Source of the DNA: Alphaproteobacteria bacterium
GTDB taxonomy: Bacteria > Pseudomonadota > Alphaproteobacteria > UBA828
Length of the DNA stretch: 64,000 bases
Direction: 5' to 3'
Assembly (NCBI GenBank): GCA_965237415.1
Contig: CBDEFM010000002.1
Span: 3,840,001-3,904,000, forward strand
The position numbers and the translations under genes were made by a program. The notes under the pieces are model-generated. The model did no database searches. It was given only the letters and a program-made list of their open reading frames with translations, and was not told where the DNA came from. Positions 1-9,730 of this stretch are shown one piece after another (within the stretch, counting starts at the first letter, position 1; the number at the start of each line of letters is the position of its first letter).

Positions 1-319
1 CTCTAAATTGATCGCTGATCGTACCCTCGTTCGAGGACCTTGATCCGGAAATCCTCCATTACGAAAATACCTCAGCCTGTCCCATAGGCGTTGACGTAGA
101 CACTCTGTAGGCGACCGGCCGGCCATCCGGGATTTGGCGGCGTATGTCTCCCGATACAAGATCGACAACTCCGAGCTTTGTCACAATGTCGAAGCCCTTC
201 TGACCCGGGTCTTAACCAACCAGACGCACAACGGAAACATGGGCAAGTTCAAGCCCGCCTAGAGGCCGCCGATACCCTTCGGGCCTCCGTCCCTGTCAAG
301 GTTTTCGAGGGAGTAACCC

Positions 320-1105
320 ATGTCTGACAGCCGAACCGCGCTCCGCATCGGCACCTGGAACACGTATTGGGCAAAACCGGGAACGGCGCGGGGCCGCCGT
401 GTCGTCGACGCCCTGGCCGCGCCCGGCTGCGACATCCTGTGCGTGACCGAGGGATACGCCGGCATCCCCCCGGTCGGCGGCCATGTCATCGACGCCGGCC
501 CCGACTGGGGCTACCGCGCCCAGGAAGGGCGCCGGAAGGTGCTGCTGTGGAGCAAACGGCCCTGGTCCGATGTCGATCCGGCCGGCTCCGACGCGCTTCC
601 CGGCGGGCGGTTCGTGGCCGGAACCACGGAGACCGTGCTGGGTCCCCTGTCGGTCGTCGGCGTCTGCATTTCTTGGCGCGACGCGCATGTCCGCACCGGC
701 CACAAGGACCGGGGAGCATGGCAGGATCACGAGTCTTGGCTCACCGGGTTCGCGGCGCTGCCCTATCGGCGCGCCGGGGAAAGGACCGTGGTCCTCGGCG
801 ACTTCAATCAACCAATCCCGCGAAGGCGGCAGCCCAAGCGCACCTACGCGGCGTTAAGAGACGCGTTCGCGGAGCTCGCGTTCGCGACCGCCGGAGAGCT
901 CGCGGGGACGCCTGAGCTGGCAATCGATCACATCGCTCATACCCCGGATCTGGCGCTCGCCAACGATATCCGGATTTGGCCGAAGCTGAGCGCCGGAACC
1001 AGACTTTCGGACCATATCGGCGTCCGGGGGGAGTTCGTGCTTTCGCCGCCGCCGCGCCGACTGTCGGACGCCGACGCCGCGAGACGACCGGCCGGCAATG
1101 CCTGA
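320..1105 (+). CDS. Endonuclease/exonuclease/phosphatase (EEP) family protein
   Basis: Motifs IGTWNT, DILCVTE, LGDFNQ, IDHI, LSDH; RBS GAGGGAG. Confidence 0.88.
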   Translation: MSDSRTALRIGTWNTYWAKPGTARGRRVVDALAAPGCDILCVTEGYAGIPPVGGHVIDAGPDWGYRAQEGRRKVLLWSKRPWSDVDPAGSDALPGGRFVAGTTETVLGPLSVVGVCISWRDAHVRTGHKDRGAWQDHESWLTGFAALPYRRAGERTVVLGDFNQPIPRRRQPKRTYAALRDAFAELAFATAGELAGTPELAIDHIAHTPDLALANDIRIWPKLSAGTRLSDHIGVRGEFVLSPPPRRLSDADAARRPAGNA

Positions 1106-1123
1106 GGCGGGAGGCCGCCCCGG

Positions 1124-1279
1124 TCAGGCTCCATTCGCGCGATTGAGGTAGAGCTCGGTAACGGCGCGGGCGGATTCGTCGACACTCGGCAGGAGGACCT
1201 CGCTGGTGACGTTCAGCAACCTGAGTGTCAAGGCGGGGTTCTGGTCGAGAGTCGAGACCCTAGCGTAGCCGATCAACAT
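1124..1279 (-). pseudogene. Truncated serine recombinase (resolvase) N-terminus
   Basis: MLIGYARVSTLDQN is the resolvase catalytic N-terminus; similarity is lost after ~17 codons and the ORF stops at 51 aa. Confidence 0.8.
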
Positions 1280-1293
1280 GCTGCTGCTTCCGC

Positions 1294-1426
1294 TTCTCGA
1301 AAACGGGGACATGGTAGGTTTTGCGACGATGGAGTTTCAACAACGTTTTTGGGAAATGAATCGCGTGGGGTGGGCGGCGCGGCGGAGGTGGCCGGTGCGG
1401 GGCCCTGAAAAAGTTCGTTTTCGGGA
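1294..1426. promoter_or_regulatory. Putative res site (three imperfect inverted-repeat subsites) upstream of the resolvase stub
   Basis: TCTCGAAAAC..GTTTTGCGA, TTTCAACAACGTTTTTGGGAAA, CCCTGAAAAAGTTCGTTTTCGGGA; typical position for res sites. Confidence 0.5.
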
Positions 1427-1517
1427 ATCGGTACGAATGTCGGCGCAACTCTGGCGCGCGGAGTCGAAAGGGTTGAGGTTCGTGGCCTGGCGGCATGGTC
1501 TCGATTTGTCGCGCTTA

Positions 1518-2045
1518 TCAGAGGTTGAGTAGGCGTCGCAGATTTGTTGTTTCATTGGAGGGTTGGCCTGGAGGACTCCTGAATAAACCGGGTATCATGA
1601 CTTCTGTGGAGAAGGCGGTTCCACTTATATTGAGTAGATTTTTGTTGGCGTCTAAACAGTGGCGAATCAGCAGGTTTTCCACCCAGTCTGCCTCTTTCTG
1701 CCCTAATTTTTTCACGAATCTCTGCCCTCCCGGCGTCATCCGTGCGACAAGGAACATGATCGGCGTTCCTTGCCATTTGAGGACCGCTGTGTTGTAGTGG
1801 AGCAGTTTATGGGGTGTGAAACATTCGTTTTTGAATGACTTCTTGGCTTGGCCGACGTACCAGGGCCTTGCTCCCTTTCCTGCCCGGATGCCGAAGATGT
1901 AGCAGCCGGTCGCGGTTGCCAGCTCGCTGGCCGCGTCGTTCGCGTTCTTCCAAAAACCGCTAAGTCTTTTTCGGTCGACCTGTCGAAGGTCATCGGTGCG
2001 AGGGATGTCGAGCGGCCCGTATACGCGGTAATTCCTTGGTGGCAC
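1518..2045 (-). CDS. GIY-YIG-like nuclease domain protein
   Basis: GCYIF...WYVGQA pair, later WVENLLI and LLN; lower GC than core. Confidence 0.7.
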   Translation of the reverse strand: MPPRNYRVYGPLDIPRTDDLRQVDRKRLSGFWKNANDAASELATATGCYIFGIRAGKGARPWYVGQAKKSFKNECFTPHKLLHYNTAVLKWQGTPIMFLVARMTPGGQRFVKKLGQKEADWVENLLIRHCLDANKNLLNISGTAFSTEVMIPGLFRSPPGQPSNETTNLRRLLNL

Positions 2046-2748
2046 TGCGGTGTCCTCCGGTTCGTAGTCTACTTTCAGCCGGCTGTTTGGGCACGCGAGT
2101 CACTGTCGATCCGGGGATTGTACCAACAAAACGGGCGTTTTCGGAAACGAGGGGAGGGGCTGTCGCGGGGCGTCGGGTCGAGTTGGTGGGCGGGGCGGCG
2201 GTAGGGTACCAGACGAGGGCATTGCCTGATGGCAACCGGCCCCTGGCTCACCTGGCTGCCGCTCGCCTTCGACCGCCTGCGATACCGGTCCGGCTTCATC
2301 GCCCGGCAGTCCGCCGACGGTCTGGCGCCGTTCCGGCTGCTGGAAAAGACCGCGCGAGGAACCGCCCTGGAGCGGAGCGGCCGATCCCCCTACCAAGGCG
2401 TCCGGTGAGCCTGCTCACCTGCCTGTTGGGGAACCGCATGGGTTCCCTGCCGAATGTAAACCCGCGTGTATCGTCGGCGCCGATTGCGGGGTCCAGAATA
2501 CCCTCGCGCCTTGAGGCACGGAGGCCCCGGACGACAACCTCACCCTTGTCAGCCATACCCTTGATGACGGCAGATCATCATGGGCAGGGGTGTTGCCTTC
2601 TCTATCGTCTTGAAATCCAACGACGATTGCATCCGCCACCGGGGAGCTCGATCACCATTTTGTGCCCAGCATGGGCGGCGTTTATTCGATCTGGTTTTCC
2701 CAAATGCGCCGGCTGTGACGCCGCGCGGGCTCAGGCGCCAAAAGTTTT

Positions 2749-2932
2749 CCTGCTTATCCAAGAAAGTCCGCTCACCGATGCCTTGTTCCTGCTCGTGTCT
2801 AAGTCCGACGAGGTCACAACGACGTAGCCGGGAGTTGCACGGTGCGGACTCGGATATGGCACAGCGACTGGAAACCGCGATGGCTCATACGTTGCGTCTC
2901 GGCAGCCTTGCTGAGCTTCATGGATAAGCAGG
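2749..2932. mobile_element. 184-bp MITE (non-autonomous IS derivative), family unassigned
   Basis: Perfect 12-bp TIR CCTGCTTATCCA / TGGATAAGCAGG; 8-bp direct repeat AAAGTTTT at 2741-2748 and 2933-2940. Confidence 0.8.
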
Positions 2933-2967
2933 AAAGTTTTTTTCGCGGCACTAACTCAAAATCTAAT

Positions 2968-3645
2968 TCATGGCGGCACAACATAGGTTTTTATCCTGGT
3001 CTCTTCGCTATATTTTGGATTTACATAAGATAGTGTAATCGTATTACTGTTACTGTTCGTCCAGCCAGTTTCTGCACCGACTGTAACAACTTTCGCTCTG
3101 ATACCAGTTGTCGTGGACCCTTCGGTAACGAAAACGAAATGGAGTTCCAATTTTATCGATTTCGCTTCAAGTACTGGTTTACTATTCAACGAGTCTTGTA
3201 GCGTCTCGCGAATTGATACCAACAACTTGGCAAACTGTATTACTGACCGTTGCGCGGCGCCGAGAGTCTGACTTCCCACAGGTGGGGCGAGAAGTATCGT
3301 CAACCTTGATCCAGTTTTTGTGAACCGTGCGGCCCGGGAATTGACGTTACCACTGCGGAAAATTGGTACCTTCAGTTCTAGATCCACATTGTTCATTACC
3401 TCTTGCTGGACTACTAGTTCGAGTGCAATATCTCTCAGATCGAGGCCCAGCGATGATCCCGCTGTTTGACTAAAGATCTTCAGCTCCCGCTTGATTTCCG
3501 TTAACGTTTTTTTAAGAGAAAGTCCCATCGAAACAGATTCAATTGAACTTTCCATACCCGACAAATAGCTCGCCAATTTCCCCACTCCATCTGCCGCTAA
3601 CAACGCCGCAACAATCGCAAAAAACAACTTGATCGCTTGCATCAT
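2968..3645 (-). CDS. Secreted/anchored protein with two tandem Trypco2-like domains
   Basis: N-terminal hydrophobic segment; two units of helix + LxxIxLEL + beta hairpin (LKKTLTEIKREL..LRDIALEL..SRLTILL; FAKLLVSIRETL..SIKLELHFV..NTITLSY). Confidence 0.65.
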   Translation of the reverse strand: MMQAIKLFFAIVAALLAADGVGKLASYLSGMESSIESVSMGLSLKKTLTEIKRELKIFSQTAGSSLGLDLRDIALELVVQQEVMNNVDLELKVPIFRSGNVNSRAARFTKTGSRLTILLAPPVGSQTLGAAQRSVIQFAKLLVSIRETLQDSLNSKPVLEAKSIKLELHFVFVTEGSTTTGIRAKVVTVGAETGWTNSNSNTITLSYVNPKYSEETRIKTYVVPP

Positions 3646-3646
3646 T

Positions 3647-4849
3647 CTATTTCCGTAGTACTTTCGACGGGAGAACTTTTGGATTAGCGATACCGAACCT
3701 CCCGAACTGCCTATTTATGTATTGACGGTCAACTAGGCCGGCACCCACTACATGAGCAGGCTCGCTCGGCAGAGGTATGGCGGTGTCCAAAAGCAATTGT
3801 TTAACCATCTTCCAGGGGTAATCCGGTAAGTACTCATAGACGACGGAGCCATTAGCATCCTCTATTGCTGTTCCAGTTAATCGATGTTTGGCACGATCGT
3901 AATGGGTGATCCTGTCGTGAGTTGCTGTGAGAGAAAAGAGAGGTTGACCTGTCTGTGTTCCAGCGTTGGTTTGTGCCAATTTTATGAGAAAGTGTAGAAT
4001 CTGTGCGGCGGCGCCTGAAGTGGCGGCCGCCGCTTGACTAGTGCCAGATTCAATTGTGTAAATGTCCCACTTATCTCGTGGCACGACTCTTTGAAATTGC
4101 GCATTTGATTCATCCCGCTGACGGCGCTCTGGCGACTTCTTCAGGTGCCTCGGATAGGGACCGATAACATCGACACCATGAGCAACGACATCCGGCCAGG
4201 ATTCCCGATCATTCGGATCGCCGCGCGACGAAAACGCCGCTACCTTGCCTTTGCTTGCGTCATAGGCACCCGCACAGATAACCCATACTGGATAACACCA
4301 AGGGTTGATCCAACCATTAGGTCTGCCACCAGCACCGCCAGAGTTACCAATGGCGATAATGGGTATTAGACCAGCGTTTGCCGACGCTCTAGTAGCGGCA
4401 TGAATAGGAGCGTCCATGTCCGGAGAGTTACGCCAGAAGCGGGTCTGAGGACCGATGCTTAGGTTCACCAGATTGGGTAACGCTAGCGTCCTAATATTGT
4501 AGTCAAGGGCCGCTATCGTATTAACGTAAAGATCGGCAAGATCAGGATGCAAATACCAAACCTGAAGTACGTGAGGTTCAGTTGCGATCTTGAAGGCATG
4601 CTTGACTAGTAGCTTGGTAGCCAATCCGTTAATCAACTTTAAGAACTTAACTGGCTCTAAAACTTCCCCAATTCCCAAACCCTTTAGTGTAGGTTCGACA
4701 TTATCGGCAAATCGTACGACAAATGTGTAGCGTTGTGATAACTGCAGGCGCAGGGCGTCTAATTTATCCGCCGGTCCGATACTCCCTGCGTGACCGATTT
4801 GCACTACTGCGGTGCACATTCCGAAGAGCAGTAGTAGTTTATGAAACAT
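3647..4849 (-). CDS. Secreted S8 subtilase-like protein, atypical (catalytic Asp/His segments not found)
   Basis: Signal peptide, I9-like prodomain, NLSIG, AIGNSG, AFSSRG, PDVVAHG, SGTSQAA. Confidence 0.8.
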   Translation of the reverse strand: MFHKLLLLFGMCTAVVQIGHAGSIGPADKLDALRLQLSQRYTFVVRFADNVEPTLKGLGIGEVLEPVKFLKLINGLATKLLVKHAFKIATEPHVLQVWYLHPDLADLYVNTIAALDYNIRTLALPNLVNLSIGPQTRFWRNSPDMDAPIHAATRASANAGLIPIIAIGNSGGAGGRPNGWINPWCYPVWVICAGAYDASKGKVAAFSSRGDPNDRESWPDVVAHGVDVIGPYPRHLKKSPERRQRDESNAQFQRVVPRDKWDIYTIESGTSQAAAATSGAAAQILHFLIKLAQTNAGTQTGQPLFSLTATHDRITHYDRAKHRLTGTAIEDANGSVVYEYLPDYPWKMVKQLLLDTAIPLPSEPAHVVGAGLVDRQYINRQFGRFGIANPKVLPSKVLRK

Positions 4850-5279
4850 GGCTTGAAGCTCAGTTTCTAGCTATTTCCAAGGGATCGATACATCGAAGGT
4901 CGCAATGGATAAAGCATGACAGTCATGCAAAAAAACTCATGTATTAAAATGCCATAAGAAGCACATTGCGAGGACATCTGGGGAGTAGCTCTGCATGTCG
5001 AAGTCCAGAACAGTGCTCCGCTTGTGGCCATACCAATTTCTGAACGATCAGGCGTAGGCTTTCCGCGAAAGCCAGAGGCCATGCGGCTATACTCGATGAA
5101 CCGGTAATTGGACTTCCATTCAAATACCGCGCGAGTCTCCGGACCGTGCCTTCAAGCCTCGATGTGTACCACCCGTACGTATCAGGTGACCGGATCGGCC
5201 CCCAGCGACGGACCCAAACTGAACAATAGCACATTTGGAGGCTTCCCGACAAGCACGGTTGCCGGAAGAGCAGTGCCAA

Positions 5280-5369
5280 GCAGTGTTCGTGTTAGACACA
5301 CTCGATTGGGAGATCATTGCGTGCGAGACTGCCGCAAACGCTGGCATTTTCGGCTCCGTTAACCGACAT
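5280..5369 (+). pseudogene. IS3-family (IS2-like OrfB) transposase remnant
   Basis: AVFVLDTLDWEIIACETAANAGIFGS resembles the FxLDxxDRExI..GISG segment of IS2-type DDE domains. Confidence 0.5.
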
Positions 5370-5640
5370 CGTAGCGAAGCGACACGATCGTATCCTTCTG
5401 GCGCCGCGCTGCCTCCAGGGCCTTGTGCAGCCAACCGACCTTCATGCGCAGCGACGCGGTCGGGCTGCGTCTCCGCCGCCTTGACACAGGCTTCCGAACA
5501 GAGATTCTTTAGCCGCGCCACCTCGGGCTCAAACGAAAGCGCATCCTTCGCCACACCGTGGACTTCCTTCGTCTCCTCGATGGTCGCCTTCAGCTTGTTC
5601 CGACGATCCAGCATCGCAGGCAAGTCAAAGTCAAACATCA
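5370..5640 (-). pseudogene. Frameshifted coiled-coil remnant, possibly IS66-like transposase N-terminus
   Basis: RNKLKATIEETKEV..EVARLKNL, then in a second frame LHKALEAARRQKDTIVSLR; family resemblance from memory only. Confidence 0.3.
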
Positions 5641-5704
5641 ACCGACATTCCAGCCGGCCCATCCAATGGTGTCGGTTAAGCCACACTTGCAATAGTTTGA
5701 CTGA

Positions 5705-6931
5705 GTGGCCAAGCTAAAGTCGAGTCCAAAGGAGCAGGTAGGCATGTCGCTGATCCGGTTGTCTGTACTGAAAGACAAAGCTTATGCGCCCGAGGCCTAT
5801 GGCGGTATTGCGCTGCATGACTACAGCCGTGCCCAGCGCCGGCCACTGGGCCTGGGCGGCATGGAAACACTCACACCGCCCGAACTTGCTGCGCCGAACA
5901 GCGATTTTCGCCATTATATCGACCGCGCGGTCAAACAAGCGATCGATGTCCCGGACTTTCGCGGGCCAATTGTCGTAATGATCCACGGGTTCCTGTTCGA
6001 CCCCAGGACGGCGGTCAGCGAAGATCCGAAGGACACGGATAATCCTCATGGCCGTGTCTACCATTTCACGAAGAAGCCGGAGCCACAGGAGCAACGCCAT
6101 CATACCGCGAGCTGGCCTCTCGGCCTCGGCTTCGATACCCAGCTGGATGGCGGCAGACAGGGCCTCGCCGTCGCCTTCGGCTGGCAAAGTCAACCCGGAT
6201 TCGCCTCGTCGCTACTCGATTACTCGCAGAATTTCTACGCGCGCGCCTACGACAACGCTGGCAGGACAGCCTGGGTACTGGTCAATTTGATCACTGCGTT
6301 GGCGGAATCGATTCCAGACCGACCGATCGACCTGTTCTGTCACAGTCTCGGTTCTCGGGTCGTCCTGCGCGCACTTGCCCTGATCGCCAAACACGCCGAC
6401 GAAGGTGGCCCGGGTGTGATTCTCGACACAGAGGTGTCGAAGAGGCTCTTGCAGCGTGTCGGCCGCGTGATCATTCTTGGCGGCGCGGAGTATGTCGTGG
6501 AGGCGCAACTCATGTGCCGGCGATTGTCGTCCCGGGATCTCGCTTCCATGCCCCATTTCTACAACATCGTCTCGCGAGAGAACGATGTCCTTGACAAGCT
6601 GGCGGAGAACTTCGGCCCGCGCACCTTCGGCAACAGTCAAGTCATCGGACACAACGGTCTCAACACAGAATACAAGGAGAGCTATTGGATCGATTTGCAA
6701 ATCGACAGCGGCGCTCTCCGTGAGTGGATGCGCGATCCACCCCGCAATATCGACATTTCCGGCGACAATCCCGGCAATGTCTGGGATCATTGGTACTATT
6801 ATACCTACCGCGGAAACATGGAACTTTACAAAAACATTCTGCGTGAGCGCGATTCTTGGTCGATCGTCAACTTGCGCGATGCAGGCGTGCCCGACGGCGT
6901 CCCGCTGCGATGGTGGCGCTTGGGCGATTGA
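5705..6931 (+). CDS. Alpha/beta hydrolase (DUF900/DUF726-like)
   Basis: IHGF, nucleophile elbow CHSLGSRV, ENDVLD, WDHWYY. Confidence 0.78.
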   Translation: MAKLKSSPKEQVGMSLIRLSVLKDKAYAPEAYGGIALHDYSRAQRRPLGLGGMETLTPPELAAPNSDFRHYIDRAVKQAIDVPDFRGPIVVMIHGFLFDPRTAVSEDPKDTDNPHGRVYHFTKKPEPQEQRHHTASWPLGLGFDTQLDGGRQGLAVAFGWQSQPGFASSLLDYSQNFYARAYDNAGRTAWVLVNLITALAESIPDRPIDLFCHSLGSRVVLRALALIAKHADEGGPGVILDTEVSKRLLQRVGRVIILGGAEYVVEAQLMCRRLSSRDLASMPHFYNIVSRENDVLDKLAENFGPRTFGNSQVIGHNGLNTEYKESYWIDLQIDSGALREWMRDPPRNIDISGDNPGNVWDHWYYYTYRGNMELYKNILRERDSWSIVNLRDAGVPDGVPLRWWRLGD

Positions 6932-7097
6932 TTGGCAATGCATGGAACTGTCGGAAATCATTTTCGTCATTTCCACAGCACCGAATCTTCCCAGGGAAAA
7001 AACAGGCCTCGGTTCCGGTGCGGAGCGGCAGGTCAAGGCCTTTGCACTCGTTGTTCGGTGCCGGCGCGTGACACACTCGATTCAAATTTAATCGATA

Positions 7098-7295
7098 CGT
7101 CATCATGCCGATCAGGCACGACCATCGCGCCGAACGACAGTGCAGGTCCTCGAGACCGCGGCGCGCGGTGGCCGTCCTGTCCACCGGCCGTATTTCCTTT
7201 GCCGCAAGGTCCATCGCCTCCCAACGCAACGACGGGATCTCGTTCTTCCGACAAACGGTGACCAACATCAAGCGGACTGCCGCGACCGCGTGCAC
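7098..7295 (-). pseudogene. Degenerate tyrosine integrase remnant
   Basis: AVAAVRLMLVTVCRKNEIPSLRWEAMDL matches box I of the neighbouring integrases (AIRLLMLTGCRKxEILTLRW), followed by scrambled box II pieces. Confidence 0.75.
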
Positions 7296-7333
7296 ACCAA
7301 CCAATCCTATATTCGCAGTACCAGCGCCTGTAC

Positions 7334-8488
7334 TCACCCCGCGATATTGGCAATTCGGCTCGCGATCCGGTTGGCAGCGGCCTTCAGCGGATCGTTCGCC
7401 AGATGCGCGTAGCGGGCAGTTGTCTCCACCTTGTTATGACCGAGCAATTTCCCGATCATTGTCAGGCCCTCCCCGACCAGCAGACCGCCGCTGGCGTAGC
7501 TGTGCCTGAGGTCATGAAGGCGAACGTCCTTGATTCCGGCACGGCAGCGAATGCGGTGCCACTGGTCGTAGACGTCGCTCAACGGCTCGCCAGGCTTCGG
7601 GCTCGTGATCACCCACGGATTGCCGTCTTCGCGCGCCAGGCCTCGCAGCACTTCAATCGCAGGATCGCCCAGATGGACGATCTTGGCGCCGGTCTTGGAA
7701 TCCGGCAGGCGCAGCTCGCCCCGGTCCAGATCGACGTATTCCCATCGCAGCGTCAGGATCTCCGCCTTCCGGCATCCCGTCAGCATCAGCAGGCGGATCG
7801 CGGCGATGGCCGACGGCCGCTCCGATCCCTCCCTCTCGACTTCCCGCAGGACCTCGCCCAGACGGCGGTATTCCTCGTCCGAGAGAAACCGCTCCCGCCG
7901 CTCTTCCCGAAAGTGCTTGATGTTCCGGCACGGGTTGGAGCCGTCGGGACGCATCTGCCAGAGCTCGGCTACCGAGAACATGCGCGACAGCGTCGCCAGC
8001 ATCCGGTTGGCGTTCGTCGGGGTCGCACGCATGTCGTGGTGCAGGGACGCGACATCGATGCGCTGGACATCCGGTACCCGGCGCGCCCCCAGACGGGGCA
8101 GGATGTAGCCCTCGACCATCTTGCGGTATTGCCGCTTCGTATTAGGCTTGCAGTGGTCGGTCACGTATTCGTCGAGAAAGCGTCGCCCCAGTTCGGCGAC
8201 CGTCGGCGCCTTGGCGTCCCGCAGGTCGCGCCCCGACAGGTCCTTGCCGGTCCTGGCCGCGGTGACGATCTCGGCGGCCCTGGCCCTGGCCGCGGCCGGA
8301 GAGATCGCCCCGTGCGGCCCGATGGTGACTTTCACGGCCCGCCCGCGGTCGCGGTACTTGACGATATAGGTCTTGCGTCCCGAGGGACGGACGCGGACAC
8401 CGAAGCCCTTTATCTCGTCATCCCAGAGGACATGCTCACGGTCCCGGGGTTCGAGGGCGTCGACGGTTCGCTTGGTGATCTTGACCAT
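7334..8488 (-). CDS. Tyrosine integrase with arm-DNA-binding N-terminus (int1), intact
   Basis: WDDEIKGFGVRV; TGCR, K(TG), HDLRH, LLGH, TTARYAH. Confidence 0.95.
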   Translation of the reverse strand: MVKITKRTVDALEPRDREHVLWDDEIKGFGVRVRPSGRKTYIVKYRDRGRAVKVTIGPHGAISPAAARARAAEIVTAARTGKDLSGRDLRDAKAPTVAELGRRFLDEYVTDHCKPNTKRQYRKMVEGYILPRLGARRVPDVQRIDVASLHHDMRATPTNANRMLATLSRMFSVAELWQMRPDGSNPCRNIKHFREERRERFLSDEEYRRLGEVLREVEREGSERPSAIAAIRLLMLTGCRKAEILTLRWEYVDLDRGELRLPDSKTGAKIVHLGDPAIEVLRGLAREDGNPWVITSPKPGEPLSDVYDQWHRIRCRAGIKDVRLHDLRHSYASGGLLVGEGLTMIGKLLGHNKVETTARYAHLANDPLKAAANRIASRIANIAG

Positions 8489-8635
8489 TGCACACTCCGT
8501 TTCTCTTTGCCTGCCGGGAACCGAATGGGTACCCACAGGATGCAAATCGGAGTGTATTATAGTCGGTAACTGTCAGATCGAAAAGACCCTAACTCCATGA
8601 AATATAGAAACTATCGTATGACATGTGCCGACATG

Positions 8636-9718
8636 TCACGACATCCAATGATGATTGCCGATCACCGGCAGGGTCTCGCCGAGCGCCAGCGCACGGGACG
8701 CAAAGCTATGTCTGAGGTCGTGCATCCGGACGTCTTCGAGCCCGGCCGCGGCCCGCACGGTCCGCCAGGCATGGTCGAGACCGCCGCCGCTGTAGCGCCC
8801 GTCCCGGTCGTTGCCCGGAAACACCCAGGGGCTGTCCTTGCGTCGCGGCAGTTCTTCCAATAGCGCCACCGCCGTCGGCGGGAGCTGCACCGCGCGGGGA
8901 CCGGTCTTGGCATCGCCGAGATGGAGCTCGGCGGCGTCGAGATCGACGTCCGACCAGCGCAGGGTCAGGATTTCGCTCTTGCGGCAGCCGGTCAGCATCA
9001 GCAGGCGGATCGCCGTCACGGCCGTCAGCGGAGCGGCGCCGCTGTCGACGGCCTCGTCCAGCGCCCGCCCGAGCCGGGTGAACTCGGCATCCGTGAGGAA
9101 CCGCTCGCGGGAACGCTCGGGGTATTTCTCGACCGACCGGCAGGGATTGAAGCCCTCCGGCACAAGTCCCCATCCCGCGCCCAGCCGGTACATGTGCGAC
9201 AGTATCTTGACGCACTTGTTCGCGGTGACAGGCCGATCGGAGAGCTTCTGGTGGAACTCGACAATATCGCTCCGCTCGACCGCTTCGAGGGGCAGCTTGC
9301 CGAGGGCCGGCAGGATATGATTGTTCAGCATGCCGCGAACGCGCAGCTGTGTCCTCGGCTTGATCCGCACCGCTGCATGCTCTTCGAGATAGCGTTCGGC
9401 AAGGTGGGCCACGGTCGGACCGCCGTTGAGCCTGGCGGCAAGCGGCAGGGGCACCGGATCCTCGCCCGCCCTGATGCGCGTGATGATGAACGCCGCCCGC
9501 TGGCGGGCCTGGTCGGCATTGAGCACGTCGTGCCGGCCGACCGTGATCCGACGGGTTGTCCTGTCGGGCTCTCGCGCCTGGGCGATGTAGACCTTGCCGC
9601 CGCCGGGATAGACCCGGATGCCGAAGCCGGGGAGTTCGCGGTCCCAGTAGACCGTGTCGCGCTCGACCCTGAGCGCCGCCACGGCGCGGTTGGTGAGCGT
9701 CGTCTTGTGCACTGCCAC
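8636..9718 (-). pseudogene. Tyrosine integrase (int2), C-terminally truncated
   Basis: Ends ...HDLRHSFASRALALGETLPVIG|NHHWMS*; lacks LLGH and the catalytic Tyr. Confidence 0.9.
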
Positions 9719-9730
9719 CGCGCGGTCTCC

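Noticed and set aside
44-262. Possible gene 3' end (..AIRDLAAYVSRYKIDN..VEALLTRVL..KPA*)
   Set aside because: In-frame stops at 41-43 and 92-94 and no start; cannot be assigned without upstream sequence.
7334-8654. Idea that int1 took its catalytic tail from int2 on integration
   Set aside because: Geometrically possible, but no junction is evident inside int1 and its tail looks native to its subtype; unsupported without alignments.
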